Shown here one piece after another: positions 12,901 to 23,600 of a DNA stretch of 64,000 nucleotides. The notes below the pieces were generated by a model. The model was not told the origin of the DNA. It did not search any database and saw nothing but the letters and a program-made list of their open reading frames with translations. Each line of letters opens with the position of its first letter. The first letter of the stretch is position 1. The stretch is taken from contig NC_092670.1 in NCBI RefSeq assembly GCF_964355755.1, forward strand, positions 36,754,388-36,818,387, in the 5' to 3' direction. The translations under genes and the position numbers were made by a program. Source of the stretch: Antedon mediterranea (taxonomy: Eukaryota; Animalia; Echinodermata).

Positions 12901-15900
12901 AGCTGAGAATGTGGTTGGGAATACGGGTTCTGAGTAAAACTCACCATGAGAGTCTGGTTATATTCTGCATCTATGTTGACGGTGGTGAAGTTTATTTTGA
13001 TTCGTGTCCCCGGCGGAGATGTCAATAACCAGACGCATGGTGTCTGTTGATGCATCAGACTATTGGAAGGCTTTATTTGGATAACATTACCGGTGCTCAA
13101 TTCTACGATATGTGAACAACCTGTGAATAATAACAAGTAGCCAGCAATAGTGGAGGTATTGAATCTTCATTGATGTGAAAACATTCTAAGATATATAAAC
13201 TGAAAAATAAACCCGAAAATCCCCAAAATAATGATTTCGCTTATAAAAAGAGAAATTAAATGGTTTTAAATTAAATAATCAAAGAAATTAAAGGTATTTT
13301 TAAAGACTTAAAAATATTTAAATTACTCTTTTATCAGATAATTTTTCTTATCCAATTTTTGGCCAAAGTGAATAATACTATTGACATTAAATGGTATTTA
13401 ATCAAAACAAAATTGTAAAGTTTGAGGAGCAAAATTAATCTGTAAGCATTGTGATCAAATTGATAAAAAGGAAAATAAAAAACTCGTCCTCTTATGAATT
13501 ACACCGTTGTCCAATCTTTTTACCGAGTTTTGTTCGATTCGCATGTACCAATTTCATTGAATTACCGTACTTTTTGCATGTAGGCTACATACTTTTGCAA
13601 ACTACTTCAGTCGCCGTTCCTATTGGAAAGTGTTCACAAATCTTCGATGCAATGTCAGTTATTATGCTTCCAAGAGTATCCTGGCAGTTATTCTCAACGC
13701 CCTCACAAACACTTTTACAAGGCTGTACCTGTATAGTAAAATAGTTATTTCTAATAATGTGGTGCCAACATTAAGCTACGTTCACAATAACAAAACGGAA
13801 GACGATAAGGTAAAGGTGAGTCCCGTGTTCTCTGAACGTAGGGGAATGAGCTGTTAGGAGCTCATTGTACTAAGCCTCGGCATTATGTGGTAGGGTGGCC
13901 AGTTCCTTTCCACGCCGCCTTTTTTCTCCCTAGTATTTTCAACCAGGTACTCATTTTACAGCTGAGTGGACTGGGAGTTGTCGGGCATTGAACCCCGGTC
14001 TATCTGTACGACAGTCAACTGTCCTAACCACTCGGTTATCCAACTCCTCCCGGCGCCGCCTTCCGTTCAGTGAAACGGAACAAATGTGAATGTATATATG
14101 AGTATATTTTCTAAAATTCCTTGTTTTAATTGTGTGTGTCCTTTTGTGTTGTCATATTGATTTTATGTTGCTAATTTTGTGGATCAATAGCTGTGGAAAT
14201 TCATGTCATCTTATAAATGTCCTTCGGCTCTGTCTGCACTATCAAACTTTATGTGACAATAAATGTGATGTGCCCATAATCATGATGATGTCATATCACT
14301 ACCATATTTAAACCATATAACAACTATATTTCGACACGTCACTCTGTTTTTGTTAAACTATTTTGATAGTGTAGACAGAGCTTTACTTACCTGATTATCG
14401 TCAGTGATGCATTGTGGGAAAAGCGTAGAGCATATGACATACAGCGCATTTTTATCACAATCTAACGAACTGGGAATTTTTTCCATGTAATGTTCTGCAA
14501 GCTTCATCGAAGGAAAATATTGGTTTGGAAAGAAAGTTTTTATGTAAGGCAAGATATTTTCACATTTACCGTACGTTGGTACATCAACACAACATGCTGG
14601 AGAGGGAAACAAGTTGAAAATTAAAACCAGACAGATATTCAGGCGGATATTCTGGTACCGGAACTGTGGAGGAAGAAGCTAGGCTAATTTCGGTGGAATA
14701 GTATTATTTACTTTTGTACGGTACAGTTTTATATCCTAATGTTACTTCTATTTTTACTTCAGATGAATAAATAAAACTGCCTTACCATGTTGTATGTGGC
14801 TGCCTATCATATCGTTTTCGAAAGATGTAAGCAGCTTTTCTCTTGCTCTCACTCGTAATAGCGAATTATTTGTACACCTTAAACCGGTTGGTATCTCAGT
14901 GTCTATACAACAGAAAAATGATTTTGAAAATTATACAGAACAATCATTATGGTTGTGTGAGAGTGAAACAGGGTGGAAGTCATAACGAAGTTGTATATCG
15001 CCTACTGATCATCTTCACCACCATTGCTAGCCATTTCCAGCCACTGCAAGGGAGGCCTCTCTAATTTGACTCCTTCTGTTCTCATCGTTATATACCAATT
15101 GCTTGTGTAGCTTGGTCAGAATTACGTAGCACTTACGCCGTTGGTGTCCTAGTAGTCAGAATCAAGCTTAAATTGTTACAATGCACCGTGTATTATTCAT
15201 TTCTGACTGAGACGTCAAGACATAAAGATTTCGCAAGCGAGAAAATTACTCTTACCTTCACGTTTCGTGCTATCCGTATTTAACACTGAAAATTAACAAA
15301 CAAGAAACACGGTAACAAATCTAAAAAAACTGTAACATACTATTTGAATTTTTAAAAAAGATCGTTAAGAAAACATAATTAAACTTTGACCTTGAATACC
15401 GTAACGTGGCCTACGCATGCATTCCGTAAATTATTTTAGTATACACAACTTAGGCTTAATAGTGTACTACACAAATTTGGCAGAAAATATTAACGATTAT
15501 GCCTCTTGCATTTAATGCGGCATATGCTACTCAATTATTTTTAATTGGTGTTACATTAGTTAGACTCTGACACAGAGACTGCTGTACGACAATCTTAACA
15601 ACTTCACAGCTGGTTGTGACGTAATGCCACATTTAAATTCCTATGCTGTTTTTGTGGAAATACGATTTCTTCATGTGGCTTTAAATTTGTTTAGTGGATC
15701 TTAATCTATTAAACATTATTATATATTATACTGAATCTCGAGTAAATTACTTCACCGTATGGTTACACATCACGATGCATCCATTCAACAGTTTGCTTCG
15801 TTGAGAGGGTGTGTTCACAGAGAACGCGCCTCACCTTTCCTCGAAGCTAAACTCATTGCTGTAAACTCAATTCGTGAATCTAATTGTTATATTAAGCGTG

Positions 15901-17328
15901 GTTCCCACTAGAACGCAACGCCAAGTCACGTGCTGTATTTCGTAATCACAAGTGGGAACCGACGACGCAAACAGTGCTGCAAAAATCGCAGGTTTGATTT
16001 CATGCAGGCGGGGGCAAACACAATGGTTGGAAGGGCATTCTGTTACGTTGCGTAGATTGCGTTACGTTGGGTTGCTAATGAAGCGTGGATCCCACTAGCA
16101 ACGCAACACAAGGACGTAACGCAACGCAAGTGAATTGACCAATCACAAGCGATTATTCGTGTTTGCTAACTGTCTATAACTTCGCTTGTCATTGGTTAAA
16201 ACGCTTGCGTTGCGTTTACGTCCTTGCGTTACGTTCTAGTGAGAACCAAGCTTAAGAACCAAACTTACGCAACGTAACGCAATCTACGCAACGTAAGCAA
16301 ATGCCCTTCCACTCATTGCGTTTGCCCCCGCCTGCGTGAAATCAAACCTGCGATGTTTGCATCACTATTGCGTCGTCGGTTCCCACTTGTGATTACGCAA
16401 TACAGCACTTTGCGTCGATACGTCGCTGCGTTACGTTCTTCTAGTGGGAACCACGATTTAGATATAATTATTCGCCTACTGAATATTATAATTACATGTA
16501 TACTCACCTACATACAGGATGATTGCAGCAGATAGAATAAAAGCTACACACGATGCTATTGTTATTATCATCACTAAATAAGTGAATCGACTTCGCTGCC
16601 TTACGCTATGGTTATTAGATAAAGTAGATAATGTAGTTTGTAAAACATCTCTACTTCCTGAGATCCTGCCAGAAACGTCATCAATCACTGACGACTTTTC
16701 AGAAGACGTACCATCATTCTAAAGGTATAATTGAAAATAATCAACACATACAGTCAGCACGTACTATCGTCAACTCATGAAATATTCATTTATTCTACTC
16801 AGCATCCATTATGTGTATGTTATAACACACCTGAGTGGATCCTGATTGGTTATTACGCATTACGTGCGCGGAACATTGGTATTTTTAATGTTGATGATGA
16901 ACCGCCTTAAGGAACGTTCATCTTTTTGTAAAAATAAATATACCACAGGCCGAATTTATTCTCATGTTGAATATAAACTCGAAAGGCGTTATCAATATAG
17001 ATCAATTTCTTTCGCGATTTTTTCCAGTAAGAAGCCTGCCGTCCACACACAACATTTGTAGGCCTAGGCCAATGTCATTGAAATTATTTTCAGTAGGTGT
17101 GCTTTAAAACATATAATGAATGTTTATGAGTTGAATGTCAATCTTTAAACACATACAATCTCCTCCTTACTCATAATCATCCATTTTTTAGTTTTATATC
17201 AATATTTGTATTTTCTCCTGTATATCAATTTCCTGAATTACTGTTTTAAATAATTCTAAAAAGAGGTTTACCTTATTAACTGTGTTGCCCATGTTGTCTA
17301 ATCCATTTAGTTGTATTGGCTTCGCCAT
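6957..17328 (-). CDS. Gene B: mosaic type II transmembrane serine protease (TM-Fz-CUB-LDLa-CUB-CUB-CUB-LDLa-trypsin), ~1070 aa, Asp189 trypsin-like
   Basis: Exons: 17328-17272, 16718-16508 (TM), 15285-15256, 14902-14786, 14596-14391 + 13728-13593 (Frizzled CRD), 13120-12752 (CUB), 12486-12388 (LDLa), 11914-11579, 11168-10815, [10680-10603 uncertain], 10528-10154 (divergent CUBs), 9920-9813 (LDLa), 9334-9145 (RAKR|VIGG...WPWQ...SASHC), 8348-8053 (HDFMLMKL), 7874-7723 (GGVDTCQ), 7124-6957 (GDSGGPLVC...TGA). Splice phases are compatible and the catalytic His/Asp/Ser are intact. Confidence 0.9.
8826..9033. mobile_element. Palindromic MITE in a gene B intron
   Basis: Long imperfect inverted repeat: TTCTAGAACTATAG...CCAATCAAATGACGT ... 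ACGTCATTTGATTGG...CTATAGTTCTAGAA. Confidence 0.75.
13805..14055 (-). mobile_element. tRNA-derived SINE
   Basis: Minus strand reads A box-like TAACCGAGTGG, B box-like GGTTCAATGCCC, central CAGTCCACTCAGCTGTAAAATGAGTACC and tail CACCTTTACCTT. Confidence 0.75.
15895..16457. mobile_element. Compound nest of three family-1 Harbinger-like MITEs forming a ~560-bp palindrome
   Basis: 15895-16080 (subfamily with ATCGCAGGTTTGATTTCA.GCAGGCGGGG), 16081-16252 (palindromic subfamily), ~16260-16457 (inverted copy of the first). Confidence 0.85.
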
Positions 17329-18225
17329 CTTTAGCTTACGGTACGTTTCCAAAATAAACCTGTGAAGTACGATTCTACGAATGTATCTAGTATTGTATAA
17401 TATTATAATATGACAATTATTGTATACTATAGCGTCGAAGTTACTGTGTGGTTTCAATAACGAATTAATAATATATTTTAATATCACAAATTCTTCATCT
17501 TTGCGTTTTTTAAATTAATTAAATTTATTAATTTCCAATTTATCACTGGGCGGCCTAGAGTGTATTTTTGTATGTAATCTAATCTAATACACTATAAGCC
17601 GAAATTTACTCTTTATATTAGTAAAAGAAACCGTTAAAAACTACTTACCGGCACTATTTAGTTGATTAAAGCTTGCGTTGACTAATTTCAAAACGCAGTA
17701 GTAAATGAATGAAACTGTTAAAATAATATTAGGCCTATTGATGTGCTAAATCAATTATGAGTTTGTTTCGTTTAGTAGAAAATAAACTATTTCTGGTCTT
17801 TTTATGTCTTGATCTTTGACCTTTGCCAATACTTATTTCTGTATGTCGGCCTGCCGTGACGGTAAGTCGATAAGTTCAAGACATGTTATTGCATGTTTCA
17901 TCTAACCTTTTGATCTAATTTGATGTTGAATCACAACCAAGGGAATAAAGTCTGTTTTTTAAATAGACATGCTGTTTAAAATGCAAAATAAATGTAAAAC
18001 TCATAACCAGTGATACACGTTCCATGTTAAAAATCCCTGTAATTTACACTACCGGCATGGGGTCTTTCATAACATTTCTATTTTAAGCTAAATTTACAGA
18101 TTTAATTTCTCAAATTTAAAAACAAAATGTTTGTAATTTTCTTGAAAATGTTTAATATTATTTCTAATATTCTAATGTTATCTCTTGAAACAAATATATG
18201 ATCTACATACAGATACTAGTTCTAA

Positions 18226-18336
18226 AAAGGCCGTATACATGGCTGTATAGTTGCGTGCTCAAGTTAGTGTTTACCGACCACCTGACCGACCAACCGACCG
18301 ACTAACCGACCGACATAGTGAGCTGTAGCGACTAAA
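18226..18336 (-). mobile_element. Helentron/DINE-1-like non-autonomous element with a (GTCG)n microsatellite
   Basis: Reverse complement of copies at 40621-40735 and 41650-41766. Those begin TTTTAGTCGCGT.....CGCGAC (hairpin), continue CTATAGTTCACTATG(TCGG)n and end GGCCTTGTT. Confidence 0.7.
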
Positions 18337-19363
18337 CATGTGTATTTGATACCAGGTTGGAGCCTTCGAAATAAATATCTCAAAAATGTTTTTGTTATTC
18401 TTTAGAGAAGAGTTATCATTATTATATTTATTTATTATTTATTTGTTAATGGCACTAGCTATAATTAGACAAAAAGTTAACGGACATGTTGTTTAGCACA
18501 CTTCGTTTTAAACAAATGGTTAGAAACTAAATAAAATATAGGCCTAGCGCTTAGGAAGGTTTGATGATTTCAAAGTCTTTAAACAAATAGAAGCAACAGC
18601 ACACTGTTATGGCAGGGTTCACGCTGAGACTGTAAGCGTTGTATAGCCTTTTAAGACGCTTTACTTTCTCTCTGCGCATATTCTCTTTTTAACATTTTAT
18701 TTGGGAAGAAATAAATAGTTACGTGACACTTTTCTATTAATATTTACTTATTGATTGCACAGAATTAACGCAACTCTGATTCATATTGTGCAAACCGATT
18801 GCGCCCATAATTTTAGAAAACCAATACTGTATGTCAGAAACTATAATTCATCTTATCAAGCTTATGTACAGTATGTAGCAGCACCTGATTATGCGGCTGT
18901 CATTTTGATAGAGCCTAACTGACTATAGCAAGTCATCTAAAAACCTCTATGAAAGCTGAATCGGGAGGTAACAGAAACATTTGTATCTTTTTATTCCTTA
19001 TGCATTTGAAATCGATTAATTGTTTTACGAAGTAAAAGTAATATAGCAATATCCGTAATATTTACGTAATCAAACATACACATAACTGTTTTATCGATTA
19101 TATTCGTTACTTCCCATTCGTTTGTTTAACATCCGTATCTCAAAATAATAATTCAATCATTTAGTGAATTGGAATTGTGGTAGTTAGGAATTGCATGTTT
19201 ATATTAGAATATAATTATACATAATAATTGTACATATTACTTTTTTAATATCATCATTTTTATATAAGGGATTATCTACTGTAGAGTAATTAAATAGTAA
19301 ACGGATTGACAACGTATATCAATTACCCTAGCTTCGCTGTTGAAATTATAGCGCGATCTTCTT

Positions 19364-19733
19364 AAGGCCAATTTACACAGACTAGCGGTAACAGTAATAA
19401 AAATATAGAATCTTATGTTATTCTTTATGACCGTTTACACACACCGTGGAGCGGATGTGCGGTTTGCGCCAGGATTGATACAAATAATTCTACGTGGGAC
19501 AAGCTACGCGGTCTCCGCTTAAGCGTGGTTCCCACTAAAACGTAACGCAAGGACGTAAACGCAACGCAAGCGTTTTAACCAATGACAAGCGAAGTTATAG
19601 ACAGTTAGCAATCACAAGCGAATAAACCATCGCTTGTGATTGGTCAATTCACTTGCGTTGCGTTACGTCCTTGCGTTGCGTCGCTAGTGGGAACCACGCT
19701 TTACCGTTACCGCTTGCTGTGTAAAATTGGCCG
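19364..19733. mobile_element. Harbinger-like MITE (AGGCCAATTTACACAG...CTGTGTAAAATTGGCCG) containing a nested family-1 MITE at 19522-19700
   Basis: Outer TIRs flanked by TTA. Inner element AGCGTGGTTCCCACTA...TAGTGGGAACCACGCT with TTA on both sides. Confidence 0.8.
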
Positions 19734-20621
19734 TTATAGTGTGTTTTAAACAGTTGTAATTGGTTAGAAAGCCCGTGCATCGATTGTAATGATCTTCTGT
19801 AAAATTCAGACGATATTATGCATTTTAGTCATATTTATTTAGAATTTGTTTCCTATTCCAACCCTTGTTTGTAAGTCGGCGGTCTGTCGTTCTGATTTCA
19901 TTGCTATCGTCTTTTTGCGCAATTCTAAATTTAGATTCAAAATTCTTCTATTTACAGAATGTTCACACATATCTTCTTTGGTCAAAGAGCGCCATCAACA
20001 ATAGTAAATGTATATTCCCATTTTTGTATTTTTCTTTGGACGCACCTTCACAAGTTGAAATGTGCTACTGATAAAACAATTGCAGTGCCAATAAATTATC
20101 AATAGATAATAATTTATCAGATTTGTGCGAGGATTAGTACAACTGCTTGCAACGAAATACCAGAATAATCATAAAAATCCACTATTATTTTTGTAGAATA
20201 TTTAATTTTTCTTATCACATTACGTCACACAAGCTCTGTCTACACTATCAAACAAGGAAGTTGTACAACTCCCTGATCAAACTTGATGTGAACAAAAATG
20301 TGTGCCCATATAAAATGGACATGATGATGTCATATCGCTAACATATTTTGCTATATCGCTACCATATTTGGCTATATCGCTACCATATTTGGGAACATCG
20401 CACCTTTTTAGTGAAACTTGTTGATATAGTGTAGACAGAGCTTTATACTGACTTCTATACATTATATCGTTCTATGGTTTATCCTTTCAGTAATAATCAG
20501 TCGAATTCATTTACTTATTACAGTATTATTCTAGTAAAAACGAATTTTTATAACCGCTCTATTGTTCATGCATACTGCTACATTTGCACACCAATACGTA
20601 ATGAAATATCCATAGTACACT

Positions 20622-23600
20622 TTAGTGGTGAGTTTTCACTGAAAGAAGAAAAGAAAGGAGGTTAGCCAAAGCGTCTAAGTGTTGAAAAGACTTCAGTCTG
20701 TATTTTTCGTCACCACAATATAATTGAAATATTAATGACAATGACAAAAGTGTACCTGAATCCATAACCATATCAATGAATTCTGAATATCGACCAATCC
20801 TCGTGAATCCCCCAGGCCTGTACCTGTTTGCGCATGTGTATCCAAAGCTCGTGAGGCCCCTCAGATAAAAGGTATTATCGTCATCAGGGCAGACAAGAGG
20901 TCCTCCACTGTCACCCTGTAAATGATTTAGATTTTACATGAACTAGTATTTGTGGTTAGTCTGGGTTCCAGACGGTGTTTTGTTTTAATATTATTAAAAA
21001 GATAAATATTTTGGCACACATGGCGTTTCATACGTATACTACTTGAGTTTGGATATTTTCAGACAAAAATCGAAATAAATAAAAAAAAGAGACAATGAAT
21101 ACAGACTTGGAGCAAGCAAGAACACTTGTGGCGTTCTACATTACAGTACAACAGGAGGATTTTAGAGTAAAGCCGATTTTCCACAAGGCGAATTCACGCG
21201 AATTGAAAGCGTCAGCTTATACGCATGCGTAGAGAAGGATTCGGTAGATGGAAACATGAATGCAGAAACAGATGCCCAATCACATCACAACAATTTGTCA
21301 AAGGTTAAAAATGATCGTATTATTTGATAATGATCTGATTTGACCATAAAGTTAGGCGATCCGTGAAAATTAACGATACGCACAATAATAATTAATGCTT
21401 AATCATTCCTATAGAAACGCAACGCAAGAATGTAAGTGTAACAAGATGATTTGACCAATCACACGCGATGGATTATCCGAACTGTCGCTTGTGATTCGTC
21501 AACTCCCTTGCGTTAATTCTTGCTTTGCGTCTCTAGTGGGAACTAAGCTAGCTATAGGCCTAACCATTTTTCCCCCTCCATGGCCTAACAGTGTATACGT
21601 ACGTAACACGTTCCGTGACCACCATCTCGTTCGCCTGCACACACTATGTTATCCGTGATTTGAAACATGCTAGACTGGAAATCCATGCATTTTTCATTGC
21701 TATATAAAGTCATTGACACGCCATGTAATTTTTCTGCTAGTTGATATATAACTGAAAAAGATGCATAATAACTTGTATAGTCTATAATAAGTTCATAGAG
21801 TTTTGACTTAATATTAGTAAAAAGATATGGCGTTTCATACTAATCGAAACGTCGACTGGTGGTCTAACATCAAATATACAATAACAACAGACTTGGGGCA
21901 AGTCTGAATAACTTAATACAAGTGTATGTAATTAAATAAAATGTTATTAAAAAAAATCATAAAGAACACATTTGTGCAACCAGAGATATACCCTTTGATC
22001 TCCGGAGCTCAGCATCCTTGTGTTATGCGTGGTTCCCACTATAGACGCAACATAACGCTACGACGTATTGACACAAAGTGCTGAACACATCGCAGGTTTG
22101 ATTTCACGCAGGCGGGGTCAAACACAATTATCGAAAGGGCATTTTCTTTCGTTGCGTAGATTGCGTTACGTCGCGTCGCTAGTGGGAACGAAGCTTTAGG
22201 TTGCCTTGATCAGAGCAATGTAATAATATATGGCTCTGTGGTGTGCGTGCGTACGTGACGTGTGCCCTTATTTCCTTCGCATCATGCGTCACAAGCTATT
22301 TGCGCTAAAACTTAGTACGCCTACGAACCTTGTCTACCAAAGCCAGATATGTAACAAGTATGACCAGGCTGAAACTGCGTCTCATTAATAAGGAGGCAAG
22401 CGGGTCGAACATAATTAGTAAAAGGAATCGGTTTTTTCAACTTGACGAGAGCAATATCATGGTCCAATGGATTTGCCAAACTGTCGTCTTGTGGAAATAA
22501 AAAGAGTACAGATACTTCCACGACCAGATGCTTCTCTGAAAACACTTTATTGGATATACTGGCGAACAGTATCTCCAATTTCGTTACACTGTTTGTATGT
22601 TGTCTAAGTATTCAAAGAGAAAAAAAGGTATTTAAAGTTCTGTCTACACTATCCAAAAATGTGTCTAAATATGGTAGAGATATATGACGACATCTGTGAA
22701 CACCTTAACACGTCAGCGGTAAATGTCGTGCAATAAGCAATTTTTTTTTTTTATGAATTTAAAATTCTATAACATTTTAAAAGTCCTGTATAATGCCTCC
22801 ATTTTTTATCTATATCAATTATCGTATTATTGTACTGTTATGTAGTAGTCCTATAGTTAGTTTAGTATAGTAGTAATAGCATATAGTTATTGTGTACTAT
22901 GCTGTAATTTGTTCATACATACATAAGGCAATGAGAAGCTGTTATAGCAAACTCATTTGTCAGCAATGTGGAGCCACAGTGGGAATACCCGCCTACCATC
23001 ATCAGTCCATACCATGGGTACTGCCCGAGCTTAGCCTCGTCCCCACCTATTACTCGCTTCTGTCGATTCTGATACAAAGGTCTTTTTCCGCATTCAACTA
23101 TAGAAATAAAATTTTTATGTCCGATGTAAATTAATTCGGGAAAGTTAAATCATGTATCGTAGATAATATGAAGTCAAATTGTATGACTTCACTATTAAGC
23201 CTTCTGGTTTTAGTGGTATAATTGTAATACAGCAACTGTTGATGATATCCAGTTGTACTCGTTTTATTTCAACGTGCGTAACAAAGAGTGCACATGCGTA
23301 ATAATATTAATTGAGGTAAATGTAAACACACAAGCCACGTCCGTTCCTGTAGCTATCACTAACTGGATACTATCCAACTGACTATCGGAAGTCGGTTAGA
23401 TAACATGTATTAAACGGATTTGATACACTTGGACTTGTATCTAACTAACTTTAGATAGTCAGTTAGATAGTATCTAGCGACAGCAGCCGCAGAATGGTGT
23501 AAAACCAACTAACAAATGTCTCCACAGTTTGCCTCATCACTGAAATCTGGACAGTCATATTCGTCATCACAAATATCCTCTTTGGTTACGCCGAATTTCA

